64,000 nt of DNA from Williopsis jadinii (Eukaryota): assembly GCA_024346625.1 (NCBI GenBank), contig AP024667.1:248001-312000 (forward strand), written 5' to 3'. Shown in pieces: positions 12,076-23,644 of the stretch. Position 1 is the stretch's first letter, and every line of letters starts with the position of its first letter. The notes under the pieces were generated by a model, which ran no database searches, had not been told where the DNA came from, and was given only the letters and a program-made list of their open reading frames with translations. The translations under genes and the position numbers were made by a program.

Positions 12076-13353
12076 ATGAACAGAACTTCAGCCCGCGTGG
12101 CACCATTGTTTGTACGTGGAATTCGTCATCACTCTACACAGAGACCATTACAGGCGTCTCTGAGTCCACTGAGAATCACTGGCCTGGTTGCGTGCCTTGG
12201 TGTGTTCACTGCGTACTGTTTTGATGCTCGTTCTTCGATTCACGAGAAGCTGTTCTGTCCTATCATCAGGGCCGTCACGGATGCGGAGCAAGGACATCTC
12301 CTGGGTATTTGGCTCATGAAGAACGGGTTGGCGCCACGCTTGTTTGTTGACAAGGACGACCCTGTTTTGAAGGTGAATGTCTTTGGCAAGGAGATGACGA
12401 ATCCAATCGGGGTTGCTGCCGGGTTGGATAAGCACGGAGAAGCCATCGACTCGTTATTCGGTTCTGGCTTTGGCTACGTTGAGATCGGGTCCATCACCCC
12501 ATTGCCACAGCCTGGTAACCCAAAGCCGAGATTCTTCAGACTGCCTGAAGATGATGCCGTTATCAACAGATACGGATTCAACTCTGAAGGCCACGACTCC
12601 GTTGCTGCTCGACTGGAAAAGAGAAGAGAGAAGTTGACTGGCCAAGGTGCTCCAACGGATAACTTGTCGTTGAAGGCCAACAAACTGCTGGCCATCAATC
12701 TGGGAAAGAATAAGACTGGTGATGAGATTGAGGATTACACCAAGGGTGTTGATCAGTTCAACAAATTCGCCGATGTCTTGGTGATTAACGTGTCGTCGCC
12801 AAACACACCAGGCTTGAGAAACTTGCAAGGTGAAGAGAAGCTTACAAACTTGCTCAAGTCTGTTGTGTCTCAGCGTGATGCCCTGGTGTCCAAAGATGGT
12901 AAGACAACCCCAATCTTGGTTAAAGTGGCACCTGACCTCGACGAACAAGAAATTGCATCCATCGTCAAGTCTGCACAGAAGTCTAAAGTCAACGGTATCA
13001 TCATCTCAAACACAACAATCCAAAGACCAGAGACATTGAAGTCCTCACCAGAGTTGACAAAGGAAGCTGGTGGGTTGTCTGGTGCTCCTGTGAAACCATT
13101 GGCATTGAAGGCTCTCAGAACTGCTGCCAAATACGCCAAGGGAACAGGCTTGACCCTGGTTGGCTGTGGAGGTATCTCCACAGGTAAGGATGCCTTGGAA
13201 TTCGGTAAAGCTGGTGCTACGTATGTTGAGTTGTATACAAGCTTTGCATACAAAGGCCCAGGCTTAGTTTCCAGGATCAAAGATGAATTGACCGAGGAAT
13301 TAAAGAAAGAAGGAAAGACCTGGGAGCAGATCATCGGAAGTGATATCCAGTGA
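12076..13353 (+). CDS. URA9: Dihydroorotate dehydrogenase, class 2 (mitochondrial, quinone-dependent)
   Basis: [47 protein letters not shown] and GGLSG motifs. Presequence plus TM segment from ATG 12076. Confidence 0.95.
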   Translation: MNRTSARVAPLFVRGIRHHSTQRPLQASLSPLRITGLVACLGVFTAYCFDARSSIHEKLFCPIIRAVTDAEQGHLLGIWLMKNGLAPRLFVDKDDPVLKVNVFGKEMTNPIGVAAGLDKHGEAIDSLFGSGFGYVEIGSITPLPQPGNPKPRFFRLPEDDAVINRYGFNSEGHDSVAARLEKRREKLTGQGAPTDNLSLKANKLLAINLGKNKTGDEIEDYTKGVDQFNKFADVLVINVSSPNTPGLRNLQGEEKLTNLLKSVVSQRDALVSKDGKTTPILVKVAPDLDEQEIASIVKSAQKSKVNGIIISNTTIQRPETLKSSPELTKEAGGLSGAPVKPLALKALRTAAKYAKGTGLTLVGCGGISTGKDALEFGKAGATYVELYTSFAYKGPGLVSRIKDELTEELKKEGKTWEQIIGSDIQ

Positions 13354-13545
13354 GTCACCATTTCATATATAAAGTAGAGTACAGACCTAAATAATACTTC
13401 AAGTTAACCGTTTAAAATGCTTCCTCTGCTGTAAATGTTGATGGTGATGATGTTCGCGAGGGTGTTGGAGAAGGACTCAGCGAAAATTTCAGCCTAAATT
13501 TACTCCGGTTTAACAACAACTTGCAAGCTCAGTAAACCTCCCCAA

Positions 13546-14427
13546 ATGGCTCTTACAGAACAGGAGAAGCGTAAACTGCTTCGTGAAAGAAGGGCAGCAA
13601 AGATTTCTAATGGGTCAGCCCGGTTGAACAAGATCACTGGCGATGTGCCAGCGGCTGAAGACGTGAAGCCTGAGGTGAAGCCTGACAATGGCATCAAGGA
13701 CACGATCCACCAAGACTCTTTGGATGAACTACCACACATCAACAGGCAGAAGAAGACCAGTAAGAGTAACAGGATATCTCAAAACTTTTCAGATGATCCT
13801 CCAGTGCAGGATATCGATTCCGTAGAGATGCAAGCACAGGCCAAAGAGCTGCAAAGGTCTCTTCAGGAACTCATTGGAAGTGTGAAGCATGACCACGCGC
13901 AAGTTGGCAATGAGGATTCTAAAGAGCTTGAGATGATGTTTAGCTCCATGATGAACGGTGTGCCAAAGGAAGCAGGTGGCAAACAACACGAGGAGGACGT
14001 GGATGTTGATTTTGAAAAGATTGTCGAGGCGAAGAAAGCCAACGATAAGTTCAAGGCACAGGTGATGGCGTTGAGAATGGCACTCACAATAGCGGTCACT
14101 CTTTACTTCTACTTCACGTACGGGTTCAAATCTTCAACATTGTCCATTGTCACTGGGGACTTCACCCCCTTCATCCAGGTGTTCACAGCGTTTGAGGTGA
14201 TTGCAACCTCCGCTTATGCGATCCACATGATCAATACACCGGAAAAGCACTACAACTACAACTCAAAGATCCTGGAGTACCTGGGGTTTGTTCCTGAACA
14301 GCTCTTATCTTTACAGTGGAAACAACGCATCAAACTGGGCATCAAGTACATGGAGCTGTTACAACTATCACTCTTTGATCTCAGTACCGTTGTGGTGGTG
14401 TTCGGGCTCCTATCCGTGTTGCATTAA
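13546..14427 (+). CDS. GET2: GET complex subunit (tail-anchored protein insertase)
   Basis: N-terminal EKRKLLRERRAAKISNGSARLNKITG signature and three C-terminal hydrophobic segments. Confidence 0.88.
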   Translation: MALTEQEKRKLLRERRAAKISNGSARLNKITGDVPAAEDVKPEVKPDNGIKDTIHQDSLDELPHINRQKKTSKSNRISQNFSDDPPVQDIDSVEMQAQAKELQRSLQELIGSVKHDHAQVGNEDSKELEMMFSSMMNGVPKEAGGKQHEEDVDVDFEKIVEAKKANDKFKAQVMALRMALTIAVTLYFYFTYGFKSSTLSIVTGDFTPFIQVFTAFEVIATSAYAIHMINTPEKHYNYNSKILEYLGFVPEQLLSLQWKQRIKLGIKYMELLQLSLFDLSTVVVVFGLLSVLH

Positions 14428-14581
14428 AAGCATATTGGTTTGGTTTATAAGCGTGTATTGTTGAATGAATAACTTCAGTTAGGACAATAAATAAATAACG
14501 TTGTAGATGGATGTGGGAAGAATCGAAAGGTGATTGCAATAAATAAATAAATAGATCGACAGAGACAAGGAGAGAGGCGCC

Positions 14582-14953
14582 TTAGATCTCATCCTTATAA
14601 CTCTCCATGGCGTATCTCAACCCACAGTAACCACACGAGTGTGGTCTCTTGGCCTCCAAGTTGATGTAGACCTTTGGATGTCCTTGGCCATGGCCTTTGT
14701 TGCCTTGACAGACGGCAATACGGTCATTGACGAATCTGACAGGCTCCTTAGCAATCAGCTCAATCGCAGCTGGCGCTCTTGGTTGCTTGGAGAGATCCTT
14801 CTGAAGAAACTTTGCATGCTTAATCACGCTGGCTCTTGAGGCCTGTGAGTGAGACCATGTGCTGGCACGGTTTGGTGCTTGGTCCAGTACGTTCACAACT
14901 TCTTCGGTGGCCTTTTGCAACGATCTGAAAGTGCTGAATCTTCTCATGGACAT
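14582..14953 (-). CDS. NADH:ubiquinone oxidoreductase zinc-finger subunit (NDUFS6/NUMM family, zf-CHCC)
   Basis: Mitochondrial-type presequence, then AIELIAKEP..C.G...GHPKVYINL..CGYCGLRY. Confidence 0.9.
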   Translation of the reverse strand: MSMRRFSTFRSLQKATEEVVNVLDQAPNRASTWSHSQASRASVIKHAKFLQKDLSKQPRAPAAIELIAKEPVRFVNDRIAVCQGNKGHGQGHPKVYINLEAKRPHSCGYCGLRYAMESYKDEI

Positions 14954-15377
14954 CGTTTGTTTACGTTTTTATAAGTGCTTCGTTCCTATTGGCTGAGGAA
15001 ATGAACGGTTTTGTGGATGTGGTTTTTGATTTTTTTACGTTGAACCCCCTAAGGGAAATTCCGACGGGGACGGCACCAGATTGGGGAATTAATTCCGATG
15101 CGAGAGCATATTACTATGTGCGATGGAGAGGAAGAGAGGATATCAATTGGCGCGAGGATGGAGGTGTAAGCGTGGTGGTCTGTGTATGTAGTGGTGGAAT
15201 TCATCTCGTGTGCTACGTGGGTGAGATGATTGTGTGCTCTAGGCAGGGCTGGCTGGTTAGCAATGAAGAGTATATAACTAGTAACATGTCTCTGTCGATG
15301 GAACGTCCGCTGCTCATGTATTAGTGTCCTGAGTAGCAATAAAACTGGGCAAAGTGAGTGTAAAGAAACGTGTGATA

Positions 15378-16271
15378 ATGAACCAACAATCAAATGGAAC
15401 CTCAAACGAGGTGCTGTATGATTCAGTGCAACAACCACCATCGGACAGTGACGCATCCTTTATGGTTCCCAACGATATAAGTGTCCAATGCCTTGACGAT
15501 GCCGGCAGAGACATACTCATCGGTGCAGGGTTCAGTGCCTTGGAAACGTTGATCCAATTCATCGTTGATGCTGGGGTTGATCGCTGTAAGAGAATCGGTA
15601 ACCGGTTGAGAAACGGCTTTAAGGACAGTTTGATCGGACTCATCAACGAGCTGAGGATTTGCGTTGCAATGTTCCCCATCTATATCATCCTGTTTTCGTT
15701 CCATTTTTCGCTGATTGAGCTCATAGGGGATCCAAGAGTCAAGCCGGTAAAGGGATCATTGAATTCGTGTGAGAAGGATGACATTCCCATGCCAAGTTCA
15801 TTGAGGCAGTATGGGTATACCGATTTGAAGTCTTATATCATTCGAGATCCAAAGTTCTTTGGGCTCCAGCTGCCTCACGACGCATCCCCAGAGTTCCAGG
15901 TTGAATTTCTCGTTGCACGACACATTGAGGGATACACCACGGTATTTACTGGTGGCGAGTCACAAGCACACTTGATAGAAGCCATCCAAAGCTTTAAACC
16001 TGGAAAATCGAATCTTTCTCGCAAACAAGGCGAAGTGTTCACTTCCTTCTCTTTCAAGAGTACGCCGTACAGCGAGGCTCAAAGACTTAGAGAACAAACC
16101 ACCGACATTCCAACCCTGGGCAAGAAGCTCTTGGATTATACGTTGAAGAAGCCCCTGTGCTTCTCCCATGTATTCACCTCAAACGCTGTTGACGCTGTCC
16201 CTGACATTACACTCACGGGACAAGCATATGTCAATGGCTGGGGATCCATCTCCCCGAGCTGTCTACCCTGA
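15378..16271 (+). CDS. Hypothetical protein, no recognisable family
   Basis: About 297 codons from the first ATG (15378). It fills the gap between two conserved genes and has one hydrophobic segment. Confidence 0.55.
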   Translation: MNQQSNGTSNEVLYDSVQQPPSDSDASFMVPNDISVQCLDDAGRDILIGAGFSALETLIQFIVDAGVDRCKRIGNRLRNGFKDSLIGLINELRICVAMFPIYIILFSFHFSLIELIGDPRVKPVKGSLNSCEKDDIPMPSSLRQYGYTDLKSYIIRDPKFFGLQLPHDASPEFQVEFLVARHIEGYTTVFTGGESQAHLIEAIQSFKPGKSNLSRKQGEVFTSFSFKSTPYSEAQRLREQTTDIPTLGKKLLDYTLKKPLCFSHVFTSNAVDAVPDITLTGQAYVNGWGSISPSCLP

Positions 16272-17011
16272 CTCACTGCGAAGTAGCCAGCTTCTTCAAC
16301 AACTCATATCTGGTTCTACTCATCGACGTGGACGGAGCATCGTAGCCATTATGAACCACATTCATTGCCACAGTGGTATTCGAGTCCTGCTTAACATCTA
16401 TCTGATGTTTGTACAATGATTGCACCAGCACATGGTCTGTGTTCTCCATAGTGTTTAGTATCCTCTGTGACTCCATAGCGGCCTGTTCTCATAGACGTCT
16501 CTCTTCAACTTACAATAACAGGAAGAAGTTCTCGCTGTAGACGACAACAGAAAAGGTTCCCACGGCAACTGGTGTGATTTACCCGATAACGTCCAGCCCG
16601 GAAAAACAAAACACAACGCCACCGGGAACAATCAACAACAAACCTCACCATCAACACCAGAAGGATGACGAGAAGGAGGAGGAGGTCATTAGCCAAGAAC
16701 TCCCGGTAGCATTGTGCGGTCAGCCTGTGTTTTTTCCGCTGCCTCTCTCGCACCCTCTGCGTGTGCTCTTAACACTTGCACTGTGTAGCCATCGGACGCT
16801 GTTTCTTCACTGTTTCCTCCTCCCTGTGTGTATAACAAGTGCTGGGCTTAAGGTCCGTAAGGCTGAGTTGTGTTGCCTGCTCTTCCAAACTTTTCCCTTT
16901 CCTCTTCTGGCCCTCTTCTTCGTCCAATTCAGTTTCATTTCATTTGACTTCAGTTCGTTTCGGTTCGCCTCTGTAGCAGTTGCTGATAGGATTAAGAGGC
17001 GTCGGTTGGTT

Positions 17012-19570
17012 ATGCTGTTCAAGAAGCTTAGAAACAAGAGCAGCCACAGCTCTGTTGATGATGGCGATGATGCCGGGAACAACAATGGTCTTTCGAGGAT
17101 CAACTCCATCAGCAGTGCGACGTCGAAGAAATCTGCCAAATCTTCAAAGAATGTATTTGCCAATAAGCTGTCGAAGACGCTGTCCTTCTTCTCGAACAAC
17201 TCATCTTCTGATGACTTGAACTCGCTGGCCACCTCCACGGGTGACAACGAGACGTTGGAACTGACAAGGTTCAAGTCGCTGAACTATGACAAGTTCCCCA
17301 GAGAGCTGACACAGTATCTCAAGTTCCAAGGCCTGTCTGCGCCGAAGATTCTCAGCGAAACACCGACAATAAGACTGTCAATGTCGTCTTCAGGTGATAC
17401 CGTGTTCATCCCTTCAATGATTGACATTTCTGACGAGGATATGTTCAACATGGATGCTGGGAATGGCAACAATGCTCAAAGTCATAGTACAAATGGCCAG
17501 TCACGCACAACGTTGGATTCGAATAATTCTGACCAAGGCCTGGGGGCTGGGAATGAGAACACGCATACTGTGCTGAGTGAAACAAACCCAACACCACAAC
17601 ATATCGATCAGAGTGTTGATCCAGTGACTCATACATTCGCAGTTGTTGTGTCGTTATACGTGCCAACTGCTGTTGCGACTATAAGGGCCCAACTGCAGGC
17701 GTCTTGCTCAGTGACATGGCCAAAGGGACTGCCCTGTGATCATAATATCAAGACAGAGACGTTTGAAATGGGCCAAACCACGTGGGACTTGAACCTGGGT
17801 AACTACAACTACTTCGTTCCCATGAATAACAACAACGGCGAATACTCTGATGAGATTGACTCACAAGACAGTGGCTCGTTTGAAAACATTGATAATTCCA
17901 AGTTTATGACGGAACAGAGAATCCCCCTGAAGAAGTTTGAGAATAACTCTGTGGAGCAGATCACAAGAGCTGGGTATCTCAACTTCAAAAGGGAAGACCA
18001 GGATCCATTCGTACTGGGAAGTCAAAATGTAAACTCTGGCTCTGTGAGCTTCCCTCCAGGCCATTACGTGTTTTGTCTTCCAACGGAGTTCGGCCCTGAT
18101 TTACCTGAGTCCTTGGCTACTCTTAGATCAAACGTTCGCTATTCTCTACGTTGCATTGTGGTTTTAAAGAATAAGACTTATGACTTTGCACATCAAGACA
18201 TCACTGTCATTCGTGGGCCTCCAGTGATGGGTGTCACTACAGCAAACAAGCCGGTGTATATCAACAAAGTTTGGAGTGACTCCTTGAACTATGAAATCTC
18301 ATTCCCAAAGAAGTATGTTACCATTGGCGAAGAGTTACCAATAAAGATCAAGTTGATGCCCCTGGAGAAAACCGTCTCGCTAAAGAGAATCAAAATCAAT
18401 ATCATTGAAAAGGTCACCTACACTTCAAAGAACCTGGAGTACGAATTCGAGGACTTAAAAGTTGAATACGAAGACGGGTACTATAGACCAAACAGAAAGG
18501 AAAAGGTGATCACTTTTTTCGAATTGAAGTCACGAGCGAAGCTCACAAGCGCAATAAGGGACGAACTGGTTACTCTGCCGACGATATCTGAAAACCTGTT
18601 GTCCTCCTCCTGCTACGAGCCAAAAGGCTATAACCCTGCGACGGACTCTTTACCAATGGAGGTTGTTGGCCCTCTGAGCATCAGATGTTACTTACCCTTT
18701 ATAAAACCACATAAAGGCCCTAAGCAACCTCCAACGACTGATAAGAGACTGGTGAACTACGTGTTCCACACTGCAAAGCTGAATAAACAAGTGAACAGGG
18801 CGCTGAATACCGTTGTGCAAAACAACGATATCCGCATACCAACAACAACGCATATCTTTGAATCGCCAGAAGGGCTCTATCCAGATTCAATCAACAACAG
18901 GTATATCCATGTGGAGCACAAGCTGCAAGTATCTCTGAGACTATCGAGAACAAACCCACAGGATAAGAAATTGCACCACTACGAGGTCATGATCGACACT
19001 CCTCTGTATCTCCTGAGCAGTGCATGTGTCCCGGATAATGTTGACCTACCTCTATACCACACAGTTGATGTCGCAGGCACGATATCTGAGCACCTGCCCA
19101 CGTTTGAGGAGGCAATGTCGCCGGCAAACTCTCCAATGCTGGGCCCCTCCATCGGAGTAGTTGACGAGACGATCAACTACCTCTCTCGAGCATCCACAAG
19201 AGCGGACCTTGGCCCCTGTGACACGATAGACTCGCTCGTCGATGACACCTTGGACCTCTCAGTGGACAGACATCCTTCCCAGGCCAGAAACGACATACTG
19301 GAGACCTTCCGTCGCTGTCTCACCAACAACGACGACTCCCACACGGACTTGTCTGACGGCTCAGAGGACTCACAGCCCACGGGCGCTCTTCCCGCTGAGC
19401 CGCCCTCCTACACGGATTGTCAACCGTTGCTGAACGCGAGCGCGAGCGCCACCGAAAGCGACTTCTTCGGCGAGAATGACACCATCAACAGTCTCGACAC
19501 CGAGCACATGGACTCCGTCGACCTGAGCGAGCAGTTCAAAGTCGCAGCCTTCAGAGGCTCAGCTCCTTAA
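17012..19570 (+). CDS. Alpha-arrestin / Rsp5 adaptor (Csr2/Ecm21-like)
   Basis: Arrestin fold motifs (FPPGHYVF, LPES, KPVYINKVWSDSLNYEISFPKKYV, HHYEVMIDTP) and C-terminal LPLY/LPTF/PPSY motifs. First ATG at 17012. Confidence 0.85.
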   Translation: MLFKKLRNKSSHSSVDDGDDAGNNNGLSRINSISSATSKKSAKSSKNVFANKLSKTLSFFSNNSSSDDLNSLATSTGDNETLELTRFKSLNYDKFPRELTQYLKFQGLSAPKILSETPTIRLSMSSSGDTVFIPSMIDISDEDMFNMDAGNGNNAQSHSTNGQSRTTLDSNNSDQGLGAGNENTHTVLSETNPTPQHIDQSVDPVTHTFAVVVSLYVPTAVATIRAQLQASCSVTWPKGLPCDHNIKTETFEMGQTTWDLNLGNYNYFVPMNNNNGEYSDEIDSQDSGSFENIDNSKFMTEQRIPLKKFENNSVEQITRAGYLNFKREDQDPFVLGSQNVNSGSVSFPPGHYVFCLPTEFGPDLPESLATLRSNVRYSLRCIVVLKNKTYDFAHQDITVIRGPPVMGVTTANKPVYINKVWSDSLNYEISFPKKYVTIGEELPIKIKLMPLEKTVSLKRIKINIIEKVTYTSKNLEYEFEDLKVEYEDGYYRPNRKEKVITFFELKSRAKLTSAIRDELVTLPTISENLLSSSCYEPKGYNPATDSLPMEVVGPLSIRCYLPFIKPHKGPKQPPTTDKRLVNYVFHTAKLNKQVNRALNTVVQNNDIRIPTTTHIFESPEGLYPDSINNRYIHVEHKLQVSLRLSRTNPQDKKLHHYEVMIDTPLYLLSSACVPDNVDLPLYHTVDVAGTISEHLPTFEEAMSPANSPMLGPSIGVVDETINYLSRASTRADLGPCDTIDSLVDDTLDLSVDRHPSQARNDILETFRRCLTNNDDSHTDLSDGSEDSQPTGALPAEPPSYTDCQPLLNASASATESDFFGENDTINSLDTEHMDSVDLSEQFKVAAFRGSAP

Positions 19571-19908
19571 TACGTAATAAAACACCATTTAATGTGTATT
19601 GTGAGCCCGTTGTACGTCATCGGCTCTCTGCCTCCCTAAAAGCCCGACCATGCGCATCGGCCTAAACCGACACTTTGCGCCTCCGCCTAGGCAGAGGCGC
19701 CCAGGCTACGGAACAGCCGGCGGAGGCGAAAAGCCAGCAGCAGAGGGAAAAAGCCCCCAAAGGAGAAAAATTAATTGCATCTTCTGTATAAAACCAAACG
19801 GTTGTCTGCTGCCGAGGCTCTCTACTCCCTCCCACTAAAATTTTCCACACACTGTCTAGACATTTTGCCTGTATTTTGGTTGCCATAGAACTGAGAAATA
19901 AGAAGGTG

Positions 19909-20415
19909 ATGTGCTGTTGCAACGTTTGCTGCTGTGATTGTATACTTGTGCTGATAGCGCTTGTGTTCCCGCCGTTTCCCGTGTGGGTCAAGTGTGGTGT
20001 GTGCTCCGCTGAGTCGTTCATCAACATTGCGCTGTGCTTTTTAGGGTACCTGCCGGGTGTTCTTCACAGCTTCTACATCATTGCGAAGTATCCAATCAGG
20101 TATGTTGTTCTGGACGAGGAGGCACAGATATACCGCGTTGTGAACGATGCTTCGAACGTCAGAAGACACAACGTATACCCAAGAGCGACGATGGTCACAT
20201 CGTCTGCCGGGTCGCAGTTGACCAGGACGGACTCGACGCAGTTGTACTATGGCTCTACGAGCAGTGTGAATAACACGGGCAACAATAACAGCCAAGGTGA
20301 AGCGTTCCCGCAACCACCTCCATATACCGAGCTCGATAACTCCACTGCGCAGGAACAACCTCAGCCAGGAGCTCACCCGCAACTACAGTCGTCACAGTTT
20401 AGTGGTAAGAATTAG
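19909..20415 (+). CDS. SNA4: Pmp3/Sna family membrane protein (Sna4-like)
   Basis: Cys-rich N-terminus MCCCNVCCCD, a Pmp3 domain (ALVFPPFPVW...INIALCFLGYLPGVLHSFYII) and a PPPY motif. Confidence 0.75.
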   Translation: MCCCNVCCCDCILVLIALVFPPFPVWVKCGVCSAESFINIALCFLGYLPGVLHSFYIIAKYPIRYVVLDEEAQIYRVVNDASNVRRHNVYPRATMVTSSAGSQLTRTDSTQLYYGSTSSVNNTGNNNSQGEAFPQPPPYTELDNSTAQEQPQPGAHPQLQSSQFSGKN

Positions 20416-20586
20416 ACAACCACGGTGGACTGCCAGAACGAATATAGAATGAGTACCCCATAATGACCTTTCCGCCAAGCTGCTTTAACGATTCATACAC
20501 ACGATACCCAAATTTTAATAATGCCACTCGTTTAATTGATGTCAAGTCTCATATAAAAGACAAGTGTAAACTGGCAGCGTATAGTA

Positions 20587-21737
20587 TTAAAGTCTCTGTC
20601 TTTTGTCCAGGTGATCTGGCAGATCGTCGAGTTCTTCTAGAGGAGCAACAGTATCAAGGCCCTCCACGTCAAATATTTCAAGATCTGTTACTCTAACTGT
20701 GACTGGAGTGGATGCAATACAGTTGCAGACACCGTCCTCAACGAGATAGATCCTTAGACACCTATCCACAGTCGCAGTGGCAATCACCAGGAACCTGGTT
20801 TCGCCATGTCTTCCATTCCTCAACTTTTGTATCTTCATAGCACCCAGAGGCCCGATTTGTAGCTTGAATCTGCTCATCACAGTCAGCCTCAGCAGATGAA
20901 CCAAGACAACGTTGTTGAAAGCATCTGCAATGAACAGGGTATTATCAATCCTATGGAGGTGCCGTATTGGATTATCACACACCGTTATAACGTCCACTGG
21001 CTGCCGTGAGAGTTCAGTATGATAGATCCAGAGTTGTCCGTATCTCGTTGCAACGATGAATTTCTCACCGTCAACCACAACGTCTTGAAACCATATTGGC
21101 GTGCTCCTCATTTTCTCCATATCGCTGCTGTAACTCATGCCGTGCCTGATCTTTGACGTTCGCATGGATTTCCAACTGATCTCCATCTCTTCGCAGTCCA
21201 TCACTGTCAATGCCCGGTCCTTACCTCCAACTATGAGACTGGGCCTTGGGTTATGTACCGTTCTGGAGAACGTTATAGACCCGTATAGATTCACGGGTCT
21301 TCCAACTGTGAAAACCTCACCAGCAAGTGCCAAAGCTAAAGGAATTCGGAAGCAGAACCCAGCGACAGACGTTGTCAAGATGTACTCAGCGCCTCCAATC
21401 TCAAGAACCTCAATGTTGACGAAATAGTCGCTCAGGTCTGACCTCAAACGCTCAAGTTTCAACGTCTGCAGGTGATTGAATTCTTCATCAAAGATATCAA
21501 GATACCTACCAGCCCGACCACACACAACGAACTTCTTCGAAAGATGCGAAAACACGCACAGCTTCTCCGCAACAAACGACCTGTTGAACATGTCACCCAC
21601 CCGTCGTAGGACTCTATCCCCACCAAAATTCCACACTACGCTCTGTGTTAGTTTCTCCATTGCGCTTGAGCCCACAGCAACATGACCAACTCACCAGAAA
21701 CACCTCCCTCGCCTGAATTGCCCGCTAATATCCTCAT
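20587..21737 (-). CDS. Nsa1-like WD40/beta-propeller protein (syntenic with YDL176W), 2 exons (21737-21695, 21635-20587)
   Basis: Intron 21694-21636 (GTGAGT..AACTAAC..TAG) gives MRILAGNSGEGGVSVWNFGG. Nsa1-like motifs GGKDRAL, PIWFQD, TRYGQLWIY and TVDRCLRIY. The identity rests partly on synteny. Confidence 0.7.
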
Positions 21738-21986
21738 TATAGCCCCAGTAACAACCACCGTGAAGTTATCGTGTGAAGTTGGGTGTGGAAAGCTCACAGT
21801 TTCAAGGTGTTGTGCCAATGTGTAAACAAAGCGTGCGCGTACCATTAAGCAGATGCAATTCACGGGGAAGCAAAACACCCGAACACCCCCACCATATCGT
21901 GCGATGCCAGGCCAACCACCTCCACCAGGACACCATCAACGGTTTCAATACTGCTGATTCAGCACGGCGAGACGGCGTATTAGCCC

Positions 21987-22499
21987 ATGATTAGAAGAAT
22001 GAGCACGGTGGTGAGTACGGTATACGCACATCTAGTGGATCTATGCCATTCTAACGTTGAAATGTAGCCCAAATGGAGTCATTCCACGGTGCTGGTGGAT
22101 CGCAAGTCGAAGTTCCAGGCCCATGCCACGAGTATACAATCGTCTAGTTCGGTTAACGAGCTGATCCAGGGATTGGTATCACAGGACAAGTCGATACAGA
22201 GAGCGTCTCATCAAGCCATGTATGCCTGGAGAACAGGCACACCGTCTACAGACTCGAAGAAGCAACCGCAGGTTCAACAGCAAGGCATGAATGACTGCGG
22301 TGAAGCAGGCGCCGGTATGAGACTAGTCGGGCTGTTGGAGCGAACAGGGCTGGTTAACGTCCTTGTTGTTGTTACCAGGTGGTATGGAGGCACTCCCCTG
22401 GGCAACGCAAGGTTTAGACATATAAGCACCGTTGCGGTTGAGGCATTGAGAGAGGGAGGGTTTCTAGAGCCTCCAGCGAAGAAAGGTAAGAGGAAATGA
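21987..22499 (+). CDS. IMPACT/YigZ-family protein (YDL177C-like), 2 exons (21987-22010, 22068-22499)
   Basis: DRKSKFQAH, ASH, DCGEAGAG and VVTRWYGGTPLG..RFRHI motifs. Intron 22011-22067 is GTGAGT..TTCTAAC..TAG. Confidence 0.88.
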
Positions 22500-22761
22500 T
22501 GAGACTTAGTTTCCACTGCTTTGCACAGGGCTATTGGAGGCTGGAGGGGATGCTTGTCCACACCAGCTTCCTCCAAGTGGCCCAGATCTGTGGCTCCAAG
22601 ACACCTGGAAGCTACGACTTAAGCGTGTATGCATGAAGACGGACTGGAAGCTGGCCGTGCCGTGACATTGCTCAAGGTATAAATATGCACTGGATCGCTA
22701 CATTTCTACATTGAGGAAAAGCAAAGGGGGAACGTGAAGAGGCAGAGACATTGAGTGCAAG

Positions 22762-23361
22762 ATGTTAGACCATCAGATTCATTTCCCCGAGAGTGTTACA
22801 CGTGGAGTCGATTTTACAGAGATGGCCGAGACAATTGTCCAAGGCTTCAAAGGTATTCCTATAGCAGACTATGACGGCATGAATAACCCTTCGGATGAGA
22901 ACAAGGCTCGTCATAGAAGGGCGTTTCAACAGGAGCTCGACAATGGTGCAATCGTCGTAGAAGCCGTCAACCACGATGCCTTCGCAGTGTGGTATCCACC
23001 AGACTACAAGAGGATACGCACAGGCGACGATGAGAAGGACGAGCGTCCCAATGTTCAAGAGATCAGAGACTTCTTCGACCTGATGCACAGATATGAGAGT
23101 GAAGCCGAGCAGAAACATGGGTTGAAAGACGTGCCACACTGGCATTTGCACTTCCTCTGCAAACGTCCCACTGGCAACACCAAAGCCAGCGATCTGGTGA
23201 GACCAGTGCTTGACGTTGCTTCACACCAAGGCAAGCGTACTGTGCTGGTGTGTGTCAATGAGAAGGCTCTGCCAGTGTACAGACACTGGGGGTTTGAAGT
23301 GAAGGAAACCATCCAAATGCCGCACGACATCGTGATCTGGTACATGGTTAGGGACCCATGA
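22762..23361 (+). CDS. GNAT-fold acetyltransferase-like protein, copy 1
   Basis: AVWYPP, WHLHFL, LVRPVL and N...PVY.HWGFEV (GNAT motif-B-like). TATAAA near 22678. Confidence 0.75.
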   Translation: MLDHQIHFPESVTRGVDFTEMAETIVQGFKGIPIADYDGMNNPSDENKARHRRAFQQELDNGAIVVEAVNHDAFAVWYPPDYKRIRTGDDEKDERPNVQEIRDFFDLMHRYESEAEQKHGLKDVPHWHLHFLCKRPTGNTKASDLVRPVLDVASHQGKRTVLVCVNEKALPVYRHWGFEVKETIQMPHDIVIWYMVRDP

Positions 23362-23644
23362 TCGTCAGCTCGGTCGCCAATTGCATAGCTTCTTAAGCGA
23401 TCTTGCCCGTTGTGGAGCTGATCTGTGGAGCTGGTCTGTGTAGCCATAAGCGGAAGGTGTACGCCGTTCTCGGCGTATGACGATTTCGGCGTATAACCGT
23501 CGGCGTTCGCATGCCGATCGGTACAATTCGAAGCTGTTGAAGCAGATAACTCATAACGTGTACGTATTTAAAGAGCATTGAACGCCCTGTGATGCCTCTG
23601 TTGCTTCGTCTGTGCCTCACTCTCAGGCCACTTGTACCAGCGAG

